This document shows, piece after piece, positions 17,572 through 25,795 of a stretch of 64,000 nt of DNA. Position numbers and translations under genes: made by a program. The notes under the pieces were generated by a model. It made no database searches, was not told where the DNA came from, and saw only the letters and a program-made list of their open reading frames with translations. Source of the DNA: a virus. Location of the stretch: IMG/VR virus record IMGVR_UViG_3300025860_000003, positions 1 to 64,000 of that record. One strand, written 5' to 3'. Positions within the stretch are counted from its first letter, which is position 1, and each line of letters starts with the position of its first letter.

Positions 17572-17668
17572 CTTATTTCTCCTAAGATATATTTGTTATT
17601 ACTTCTATTTAGTAGTTTTCATAATCAACTTGGTGGCAGCTACACCAATTTTATAGCTGCCATATTCT

Positions 17669-20536
17669 TTATAGTTCTCTGAACGCCAACTCTTTAGCTT
17701 TCAAGAACTTAACTGCGCTCTTAATGGCAGGCATAGGACTTCTCTCAGTACCGACTTTGGTATTGCGACCTGTCTTATACTTAACCTGAACACCATCATC
17801 AGTTGTCTGCATTGTAACAAGCAAGTTGTTATTTTTAGGATCTTTCAACTCTACAGAGATGTTATCCTTTAATGCCAATACTAATGGAGCGATATCTTTA
17901 TCTTTCAGTAATGTGAACTTTTCATTAAGCTCTTGTTGCTCAGCCAAACGATTAATGGTTGCTTCCATAACAGCTTCCCATCTAGAACCATACTTGCTCT
18001 TGAAGGTAGCTTCATTTAATCCACAGCTTTCTTTGAGTGCAGATCGTACTTGCTGAACCTTAGTTTCCATATCTCTGATTTCGCCTTCAATCTCTTTACG
18101 TTGGCGACCTTTACTTTTCTGGATTAGGTCTTGTAATTGAGACTCAAACGAACTTAGTTTGCGTTTAAGATCAGCTGAACTCTTACCCTTATAAGGATTC
18201 TTCAAACCTTCGTCTAAAGATGGAGAAGTATCAACCTCGTCAGCCTTTTTGTCTTTCTTCTTGTCATCCTTTTCTTTTGACTCATCTTTAGAAATAGCCT
18301 TAGAAATTGCCTTACGCTTCTTGTGTAAGAACTTGTCTGAATCGTCTACATCACCATCGTTGTCGATGTCTTTGTCTTTACGATCTTTGAACTTCTTCTT
18401 AACAGCTTTAGGCTGAACTTTATCAAGACCTTCACCGTCATCAGACTTATCGTTGCTGTTATCTTCATTAATAGCTTCAACACCTTGCTCAACAACAACA
18501 TTAGTATCGTCAGTAGAAACTTCGACAGTATCGGCTTGTCCAGAAACAACAGCGTTTACAGCAGCAAGCAATGAGTCACTAGAACCATAATTGTCTTGCG
18601 TTCCGAAGACGTTTGCTTCTTCAAGTCCTTCCATTGCACCTTTAACTTTGAACATTTTGTATTCACCCTCTTTGTTTGTTTTATTTGCACGATCAAGATA
18701 CTTCTTAGCCTTTGATGCATCATCAAACTTAGAGAACTTAGTTGTGTCGGCTTTACCTTTCTTATCGTAGTATTGAACTATGAAGTAATCTTCATTGAGT
18801 TCTACGCTCTCGACCTTAAATCCTTTTTTCTTCGCATCAGCGATACGCATTATAGCGTTTGCGCCAGATTTTGGATCAGGAAACTTGTTTGGATTTTTAG
18901 GTGCTTTACTGTAACCAATAATTTTATCGGTCTTTGGATTATTATTTCCACGAACATTTGCTTTAGCAATATGAACAAGATCGTTATCGCCAAATTTAGC
19001 TTCGTCTAGCTCAACAGACTCTTTGATCGCACCTTCAAGAGAACGGAAGAACTTCAGCTTAACACCTTTGGTCTCAAACTTAGCATCTTCAATAGTACCC
19101 TCTGAAGACTCTTGGGTTAGATTATAGTAGATTCCTTTGGCGATATTGACTTTCACAAGTGGAAAGATGTCACCAGCAATGCTAATCTTTGTGGCATATC
19201 TGAATACAGTTTCGCCAGACTTTACGTTAGAACCTTTGATGTACTTCTTATCACCAGAATCTAGAGCAAATAGTACCATTGGGTGTTTGCTATTGTTATC
19301 GCTCATTACAGCAACTTCTTTATAGCCTTTCTTACGACCGAATGTTAGTGCTTGATCTTCACCCCAATTAGGAGTCTTATCTGTGAACTGTTGGTATGCT
19401 TCGTCTAGTTGATCACCTTCTGCTTCAAAAGAGTTCAACAAATGCTGCTTTCTTTTTGCAAGAGCAAACGCTTTATTCATAACAGAAGCAGCTTGTGCGA
19501 TAAATTTAGATGACTGCTTTTCTGCCTTTTCGCCAGCCTTAATTCCCATTTCTAACCCAATGATCAGTTGTTCAACTGAATCGATTAAAGTGGGATCATC
19601 GAACTTTTTCTTTTCGCCCTCAGCCTTTGCTTTCAGACCTTTCAATTTTTCTATAGCAGTGAGTAGTTCGCTATTAGGCATATCACCAGCTTTAAATCGA
19701 ATCTGTTCATCAAGAGAGACTGATTCGTTTAAGAAGTCATCCGCTGACTTAGCGCCCAAGGCGACATTAGCTATCTTATCTAGCTTGGCAATATTAATTT
19801 TGTATTTGTTTAATATAGCGTCAATGATATCTGAAGCATCGCCATCGCCTTGTCTATTCACAAGTTCAAACGCAATTTTAGTATCAGCAATATTGCCTGC
19901 AATATTCCAATCTTTCTTAACGGCTGCTAAGTCTTTATATTCTTTATGACCATCATCAGTGACTACGAAGTAAACTGTTTTCTTATTCTTACCTCTCGAC
20001 TGAGCCGCTAATCGAGCAGGAGTCTTATCTTTCTTACTTGTTAGCTCATCACCATAAACACTACCGCCCAGCTTTTTAATTCTTTTTAGAGTGTCTTCTA
20101 TTGATTCGCCTAACATTGCTTCGAATGCTTCATCAAGAGAGACTGATTCTTTCACTACTTTACCAGTCTTAAGGAATTTAAAGTCGACACCTAATTGCTT
20201 AGCAGCTTTAGTGATAGCTTCTCTGGCTGTTCTAGCCTTTACTACGATTGGCTGTCCACCACCAAGTTTTTTGCCATTCAGAGTCTGCTTAGGAATAGGA
20301 ACAGAAAAGCTGCCCATTGCTTCTTCAAGAGCATCTTCATCTTCATCTTCATCTTCATCTTCAGGCTTCTCGTGAGTGTAGCCTTTAGCAGCAAGAGCTT
20401 TGTGCTCTGCTTCGCTATTAGCAACTTCTTTCTCGCCAGTTTCTGGGTCAAACATATCGTGTGGATACTTAGCAGCTTCTTCTGCTTCCTGAAGCTGCTT
20501 GAGCTGCATCACCTTTATTGTGTTCGCTAGGTTCAT
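17669..20536 (-). CDS. large modular putative internal head protein with repeated L-x-E protease sites
   Basis: 955 aa; repeated ESVSLDE/ESVELDE/ESVELNE/LEEA/LDEG/LNEA linkers between basic modules; DIDNDGDVDDSD Ca-binding-like loop. Confidence 0.7.
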   Translation of the reverse strand: MNLANTIKVMQLKQLQEAEEAAKYPHDMFDPETGEKEVANSEAEHKALAAKGYTHEKPEDEDEDEDEDALEEAMGSFSVPIPKQTLNGKKLGGGQPIVVKARTAREAITKAAKQLGVDFKFLKTGKVVKESVSLDEAFEAMLGESIEDTLKRIKKLGGSVYGDELTSKKDKTPARLAAQSRGKNKKTVYFVVTDDGHKEYKDLAAVKKDWNIAGNIADTKIAFELVNRQGDGDASDIIDAILNKYKINIAKLDKIANVALGAKSADDFLNESVSLDEQIRFKAGDMPNSELLTAIEKLKGLKAKAEGEKKKFDDPTLIDSVEQLIIGLEMGIKAGEKAEKQSSKFIAQAASVMNKAFALAKRKQHLLNSFEAEGDQLDEAYQQFTDKTPNWGEDQALTFGRKKGYKEVAVMSDNNSKHPMVLFALDSGDKKYIKGSNVKSGETVFRYATKISIAGDIFPLVKVNIAKGIYYNLTQESSEGTIEDAKFETKGVKLKFFRSLEGAIKESVELDEAKFGDNDLVHIAKANVRGNNNPKTDKIIGYSKAPKNPNKFPDPKSGANAIMRIADAKKKGFKVESVELNEDYFIVQYYDKKGKADTTKFSKFDDASKAKKYLDRANKTNKEGEYKMFKVKGAMEGLEEANVFGTQDNYGSSDSLLAAVNAVVSGQADTVEVSTDDTNVVVEQGVEAINEDNSNDKSDDGEGLDKVQPKAVKKKFKDRKDKDIDNDGDVDDSDKFLHKKRKAISKAISKDESKEKDDKKKDKKADEVDTSPSLDEGLKNPYKGKSSADLKRKLSSFESQLQDLIQKSKGRQRKEIEGEIRDMETKVQQVRSALKESCGLNEATFKSKYGSRWEAVMEATINRLAEQQELNEKFTLLKDKDIAPLVLALKDNISVELKDPKNNNLLVTMQTTDDGVQVKYKTGRNTKVGTERSPMPAIKSAVKFLKAKELAFREL
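19706..20149. repeat. 21-bp direct repeat encoding the ESVSLDE linker
   Basis: TTCATCAAGAGAGACTGATTC at 19706-19726 and 20129-20149. Confidence 0.85.
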
Positions 20537-20548
20537 TTCTTAGATTCC

Positions 20549-22687
20549 TTAGTTATCAACTTTTTCGCCAGCACGCCACTGGTAACATGACCAATACCCA
20601 GCTGTTGTTTTGTCTTTTTTGTTTTCGCAATCGTGTCTTGATCTGAATGCTGCTCTTCGCTTTGGATCGTCTCGTTTGATTTCCATATTTGGATCACCAA
20701 ACGTAACCTTAATCACATTGCCTTTGTCATTCTTAACATACACGCCAAATTTCTTTTTCGATCCTGATGGTAGTCTGAAAGGATTATTTAAATCAACCTT
20801 TCTTCCTTTATACTCAGCAGCTTCAACCACTAAATCTTCATACATGCCAGCGCAATCTTCTTGACACGGAGTGTCTTTTTTATACTTCTTGGTCAATGCA
20901 TCAGTACCAAACTCACCAGCAGCTTCTTTAAGGTCTGTATACATATTCGCAAGAACACGTGGGTTAACACCACTATATTGTCGCGCCACAACACCAGCAT
21001 AATAAACAACACCGTGCCTCATGGGGTCTTTACCAGCTTCTTTCTTCTTGCGGTCTACAACCTGCTTCAGAACACTCAATGCGGCTTGATACTTATTCTT
21101 TGAGATAGTCTTAGACTTCAGCTTGGCAATTAGTTCTCCAGTAGGAACCTCATCCAACATCTCAACAGACTCGCTCACATTACCCTTGTGTTGTTTCCAC
21201 AAGTCAGCATCGCCAGTAGTTCTTGTCTTACCGCCAGTAATGAAAGAGTTTACACGAGCATATGCCCATTGCTGTTGGTTTGCTCCTGGACGATGTCCAG
21301 TCTTCCAAGCAGCCATGCCACGATTGTAAACTTTCTTCAGGATACCAAGAGATATGCCAGACTTGTCTGACTTCTTCTTCAGCGCAGTGGCTGAGTCTTC
21401 GGTGATCTCAAAAGATTCTTCTTGGTTCTTAGCTTTAGTGTCTGAAGTGCGAGCGCGATCCATCATACGATCATGCTTCTTCTTATCAACAGCCTTTTCT
21501 CTGTCTATCTTAGCCTTAGCCGCATCAACTTCACCTTCACCAAACATATCACGATACTTCTTAGTGTGTTTGGAGAGTTTAGTCTCAGCGCCAGTATCGC
21601 CAGCATGCTTATCTGGATATGCTGTCGGGTCGTCTGAATCTTTCTCAGCGCCTTTCTTGAATTCTGCGTCACGCTTTGCTTTGGTAGACTTAGATAAACC
21701 GCTATGGTATTTCTTTGGCTGTGTTCCTTCGCGATCTTTGATGTCTTTGTCTTGAGCAACAGCTTCAAACAACGCATCATAATCTAACTCTTCCTTGACA
21801 CCGCCACGAGCTTTCTTCAATCTTTCGATCTCAGCTTTACGGATTTTAGGTAATAGCTTCTTGGCAATTTTAGGAATGAGTGATGACTTCTTCTGTACTA
21901 GCTTATCAACTTGAATCTTATCTGTGGGAGATAGGTTAGCATAGTTCTTACCGCGATCACCCGCAACTTTCTTACGGATAACAGCAATAGCAGCCTTGTT
22001 GGCACGCTTCTTAATCACATCTGTGTTAGCCATCTTCTTGGCTTTGATCTTCTTAAGACGCTGCATCTTTGGAGCAAGACGCTTCATTCTACGACCAATA
22101 GCTTTACGCTGAGAGATACTTAATGGCTTTCTATCTTCGTCCATGTCTTCTGTAAGTACAGAGCGGATAGTGTCATAGATATCTTTAGCATCACGATCAC
22201 TTAATTTCTTTGCCAGACCAGACTTGAATGTATCGAAGTCGCCCTCAACTGCAATTGCTCTTAGCTTAGATGCAGACATTCCTTCAACGCCAGTTGCGTC
22301 AGGATCACGTGCGCCAGCAGAGACTACTTTGATTGAGTCGAAGTCATAGTTCTTACCATTATACTTCTGGAGCAGACCATTGAATTCGGTAACTCGATCA
22401 GATCCAACAACCATGATGACTTCATCAAACTCTTTATCCAATTCAGCCATTATCTGGAAGATTGTCTTAGACTTTGATTGGAATGCTGTTTTACCGAATG
22501 CTTTGCGGGCGAAACTAATCTTCTCAGCATAGTTGAGAGGATCTTTCTTATTATTCTGGGTGTGTGAAAGATAAATCCTTGCGGGCGCTTTTTCTTTCTT
22601 AGCAATCGCCTCAACTTTGTCGACCAGCTTTTGGTGACCGATAGTTGGTGGATTCATACGACCAAACGTAAATACTACTTTTGACAT
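20549..22687 (-). CDS. cytidyltransferase-like (HxGH) nucleotidyltransferase with multiple C-terminal modules
   Basis: VFTFGRMNPPTIGHQKL, VVGSDR, GMSASKLR; later modules such as GHRPGANQQQWAYARVNSF. Confidence 0.85.
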   Translation of the reverse strand: MSKVVFTFGRMNPPTIGHQKLVDKVEAIAKKEKAPARIYLSHTQNNKKDPLNYAEKISFARKAFGKTAFQSKSKTIFQIMAELDKEFDEVIMVVGSDRVTEFNGLLQKYNGKNYDFDSIKVVSAGARDPDATGVEGMSASKLRAIAVEGDFDTFKSGLAKKLSDRDAKDIYDTIRSVLTEDMDEDRKPLSISQRKAIGRRMKRLAPKMQRLKKIKAKKMANTDVIKKRANKAAIAVIRKKVAGDRGKNYANLSPTDKIQVDKLVQKKSSLIPKIAKKLLPKIRKAEIERLKKARGGVKEELDYDALFEAVAQDKDIKDREGTQPKKYHSGLSKSTKAKRDAEFKKGAEKDSDDPTAYPDKHAGDTGAETKLSKHTKKYRDMFGEGEVDAAKAKIDREKAVDKKKHDRMMDRARTSDTKAKNQEESFEITEDSATALKKKSDKSGISLGILKKVYNRGMAAWKTGHRPGANQQQWAYARVNSFITGGKTRTTGDADLWKQHKGNVSESVEMLDEVPTGELIAKLKSKTISKNKYQAALSVLKQVVDRKKKEAGKDPMRHGVVYYAGVVARQYSGVNPRVLANMYTDLKEAAGEFGTDALTKKYKKDTPCQEDCAGMYEDLVVEAAEYKGRKVDLNNPFRLPSGSKKKFGVYVKNDKGNVIKVTFGDPNMEIKRDDPKRRAAFRSRHDCENKKDKTTAGYWSCYQWRAGEKVDN

Positions 22688-22726
22688 GTACGTGTTTCCC
22701 TTGGGCTTAACGTGTTAAATTAGTGG

Positions 22727-22754
22727 TTGACTTATCTCTTCATTGATGTATAAT
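22727..22754 (+). promoter_or_regulatory. antisense-oriented sigma70-type promoter
   Basis: TTGACT-16 nt-TATAAT on plus, preceded by AAATTAGTGG like the phage early promoters. Confidence 0.5.
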
Positions 22755-22775
22755 AGAGATGTCGCTTTGTAAGTG

Positions 22776-22783
22776 TATTTATA
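22776..22783 (-). promoter_or_regulatory. T4-type late promoter
   Basis: TATAAATA in the intergenic region upstream of the nucleotidyltransferase. Confidence 0.75.
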
Positions 22784-22788
22784 ATATC

Positions 22789-24015
22789 TTACTTTTGCCA
22801 TCCTTTGATGAATTCAGGAGAGAAGTTAGCTTGACTGAACTGCATCCGATCTACGAGCTTCAATGCACTACCATCTGTATCAATAGCAACATATCCCTCT
22901 GGAGCAGTAACCTGAAACCCATCCTTTGTTCTTAGTAGGGTTGTGATGTTACTTGCCTGATCCATCTTACGAATGATCATTTCTTTCGCATCAATCAAAA
23001 GGTTCATCATTGTAAAGATATTCTCTAGGTGACGAACATTAGCATTAGAAAAGAACTTCAAGACATCATCTCTTTTCTCTATCTGTGTAGCCTTACCTTT
23101 CTCAGACTTTCGTTTACCAGCCTCTTTATCATAGAAAGCAACAATGTAATTGACCAAACCTTTCACATGAGACTTAACGTTGGTGATCTTCTGTCCATCG
23201 CGAACTTTAGTGTTAAAGTGTGTCTTAACTTTCTGTAACAATAAGGCATCATCCGAGATACCATTAAGAGTCTTGGCGTCTAACTTACTGAACAGCTTAC
23301 CTGCTTCAGACAACAGCTTAGTAATTTGTTTTGTTTCTTTATCAGTAAATGTAGCAGAGCCAGATACATCAGTGAACATAGCATCAACAGACCAAACGTT
23401 CTTGCTCTTGCGTAGCTTAGAGGCAATCTCTTTACCGAACGATGCCTTCATTGTTTCAAACGATGTTCCAGTATATATAGTATGCCACACAATACCGATT
23501 TTAGCTTGGCGAATAGTATTGCCGAGAGGTGACTTGCTTGGTACAGAGTATACAATAGTGTTAGGATGGAATGTTGTAACCTTTTCTCCGTCATACACTT
23601 CAGACTTCAGGTCAGACTTACTGAATAGAAAGTCTCCTTGAATAACACCAGTGATTCCTAGCTCTGGAAGATACTTCAATGCGTCTTTCAGTTTTGTTGC
23701 CAGCTCACCGCTAGTGTCAGCGTCTACCTCTTCAGCGGTCTTATAGACTTTAGGGTTCTTATTAAAGATACCTTTCTTAGCCACAAAGAACTCGCCGTCA
23801 CGCGGATCTTGTCCAGCAAAAATAGCAGGAGCGCCGTCCCACTTAACAGTAGTAGAAACGCCACGGCTAGAATTACCCGAGAGCATATCACGCATACTTC
23901 TAAGAAGATTGATAGCTTGTCGTGTACCATTTACCCCTCCATTCAACACGGCATCTTCTAGATGTTCCATGTGTGTATTTTTATCTTCAATTAGGAATGA
24001 ATTAAATTTTTTCAT
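22789..24015 (-). CDS. DUF6267-like protein, ligase-type nucleotidyltransferase fold
   Basis: KNTHMEHLED, VKWDGAPA (KxDG), QGDFL, PEGYVA, KLVDR; N-terminus MKKFNSFLIE. Confidence 0.75.
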   Translation of the reverse strand: MKKFNSFLIEDKNTHMEHLEDAVLNGGVNGTRQAINLLRSMRDMLSGNSSRGVSTTVKWDGAPAIFAGQDPRDGEFFVAKKGIFNKNPKVYKTAEEVDADTSGELATKLKDALKYLPELGITGVIQGDFLFSKSDLKSEVYDGEKVTTFHPNTIVYSVPSKSPLGNTIRQAKIGIVWHTIYTGTSFETMKASFGKEIASKLRKSKNVWSVDAMFTDVSGSATFTDKETKQITKLLSEAGKLFSKLDAKTLNGISDDALLLQKVKTHFNTKVRDGQKITNVKSHVKGLVNYIVAFYDKEAGKRKSEKGKATQIEKRDDVLKFFSNANVRHLENIFTMMNLLIDAKEMIIRKMDQASNITTLLRTKDGFQVTAPEGYVAIDTDGSALKLVDRMQFSQANFSPEFIKGWQK

Positions 24016-24313
24016 TATAGTGCTCATCGTGCCATCGTTGGGCTTCTTTCTTAGCAGTTCCTACATTTCTATATGCAGTGACTGGGTGACGAGGCTTATC
24101 GCCTCCTACTTTGGTGTTATCGAACAATGTGGGCATTACTTTCTGGCTACCATCTTTGTTCTTTTTCATAGAATCCATACCAGATAAACGGATCTCATAC
24201 TTACCGTCTGAGGAAACGTGCTTGAACACTTTCTTATTGCCAGCACCATATCCATCTGGAACTTTCTTCCATTTGATATTAGCTGACTCATTAAACTGCA
24301 TAAAAGATTTCAT
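24002..24313 (-). CDS. small basic putative internal head protein
   Basis: N-terminus MKSFMQFNES resembles the T4 internal protein capsid targeting sequence. Confidence 0.6.
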   Translation of the reverse strand: MKSFMQFNESANIKWKKVPDGYGAGNKKVFKHVSSDGKYEIRLSGMDSMKKNKDGSQKVMPTLFDNTKVGGDKPRHPVTAYRNVGTAKKEAQRWHDEHYNEKI

Positions 24314-24316
24314 CTA

Positions 24317-25648
24317 TTAATAAACCTTACAATGTATTGATGAGAAGTCGTTTTTCTTTATAGCCGAGTAATAACAACTCTTCAGTATATCTGGATCGCT
24401 TTCTGCTAGGATCTCGAGATAGTATGTTAACCAAGCACCAGCCTTCAATTGCACTTCAGATGTCGGGAAAGGGGAAACCTTATCAATTACAAATGACTTC
24501 TTCAATAGTTTAGGTAACGTTGTATTTAGGTATTTCATCGGATTGTTCATAATCTTAGTCTTATCAGCTTTAAGGTCAAACCCATTCTTAGAAGCAAGCT
24601 CAGGGAATAGTTGCGCAGATACAGAACCCAATTGAACATCAGCACCCTTTTGTCTACCCTCAAGATACACACGGATATCTCCGACCTTAGAGATTGTACC
24701 TGCTTTATATCCAACACGCAACTGGAAGTTGCTTATATTACCTTGCGTTTCGAAGATAAAGTTCTTCTGGAATGGGTCGAACAAGACACGCATTGGTGTC
24801 AAGTCTACATCAGGTATGTCAGATGTTGATACAGTTTCCACTTTAGCAGTTTTGTTCTTAGAGATCTTCTTGAGTGATACACCGAGGATTTCTTTACTCT
24901 CAAACTTATCAGCAAGCCAAGCATTGAATTCATGTAGTGATGTAACGTCTTTGGTCTGCTTAATTACCTGCGCTTTGTTGATTGACATAATCCAGATGTC
25001 AGCAGGGTTCCAGTTATCTTTTAAGTCTTTTAAACCAAATCGTTTCGCTAGATTAAATAATACATTAGAATCATTCTTTTCAGAGTCTAAGTATATCTTG
25101 TGTTTAGGGAAGTTGCCGAAGTTCTTGGAGAATGCGATGTACTGTTGCTCGAAGTTATGCATCCACTCTGGACTGAAATCAAATCCAACCTTTTCAGACA
25201 CCTGCTTCAGTGTCAGCTTCTTACCTTTAAATGCGGTCTCAAAATAAGCAATCGTTCCTGCCTCTTGCTCAGCAGTTGATGGGTTAGCTACTTTCTCACC
25301 TTTCTTGGGGAGACGACCACTGCCACGCATACCACCAGATGGAACAAGAGCGATATTAACGAGCTTAGAGGAAACAAACTTTTCACCCTTTTTAATAAAC
25401 CCATAACCAACCAAGTCTTTGTTCACAGCAAGTTTAGGGATAAGCTGCTTGTCTGTAACCTTGATGACGAGCTGTGTGCTCGCTTTCTTGAAGTCATACT
25501 TTGGTTCAATGTAGATAACATCGTCGTCAGCATGTTTCTTAAGACGAGTAATGAATCTCTTCAGCTCAGGGTTCATTGCTGTTGGTAGGTGCTCAAACCC
25601 TAACCAAAGTTTGGTTGATTCGATAAGGTATTCGTTAAACTTGTGCAT
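24317..25648 (-). CDS. putative PD-(D/E)xK-like nuclease
   Basis: TAEQE, WNPADIW, GVSLKK motifs; N-terminus MHKFNEYLIE. Confidence 0.55.
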   Translation of the reverse strand: MHKFNEYLIESTKLWLGFEHLPTAMNPELKRFITRLKKHADDDVIYIEPKYDFKKASTQLVIKVTDKQLIPKLAVNKDLVGYGFIKKGEKFVSSKLVNIALVPSGGMRGSGRLPKKGEKVANPSTAEQEAGTIAYFETAFKGKKLTLKQVSEKVGFDFSPEWMHNFEQQYIAFSKNFGNFPKHKIYLDSEKNDSNVLFNLAKRFGLKDLKDNWNPADIWIMSINKAQVIKQTKDVTSLHEFNAWLADKFESKEILGVSLKKISKNKTAKVETVSTSDIPDVDLTPMRVLFDPFQKNFIFETQGNISNFQLRVGYKAGTISKVGDIRVYLEGRQKGADVQLGSVSAQLFPELASKNGFDLKADKTKIMNNPMKYLNTTLPKLLKKSFVIDKVSPFPTSEVQLKAGAWLTYYLEILAESDPDILKSCYYSAIKKNDFSSIHCKVY

Positions 25649-25687
25649 AGCCAGCCTTTAATGGATACAATAATGGATATTATAACC

Positions 25688-25695
25688 TATTTATA
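25688..25695 (-). promoter_or_regulatory. T4-type late promoter
   Basis: TATAAATA about 40 nt upstream of ATG 25648. Confidence 0.8.
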
Positions 25696-25710
25696 ATCCA
25701 AAGGCAATGT

Positions 25711-25738
25711 AAAAATGAGCATTTTAATGACATGCTCA
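25711..25738 (-). terminator. intrinsic terminator after gp41
   Basis: UGAGCAU-9 nt-AUGCUCA followed by UUUUU. Confidence 0.65.
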
Positions 25739-25743
25739 GGTCA

Positions 25744-25794
25744 TGGTGATGTGCGCGAGTGAGAGTGAGAGAGAGAGTCTCCCGCACATCACCA
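25744..25794 (-). ncRNA. candidate small RNA hairpin with CU-rich loop
   Basis: 12-bp perfect stem UGGUGAUGUGCG/CGCACAUCACCA enclosing GGAGACUCUCUCUCUCACUCUCACUCG. Confidence 0.55.
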
Positions 25795-25795
25795 A

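Noticed and set aside
17633-17662. hairpin TGGCAGCTA...TAGCTGCCA as ncRNA
   Set aside because: single stem right after a stop codon, most simply a terminator or processing signal
20333-20362. (GAAGAT)n microsatellite
   Set aside because: encodes an ED-rich linker; in frame and unremarkable
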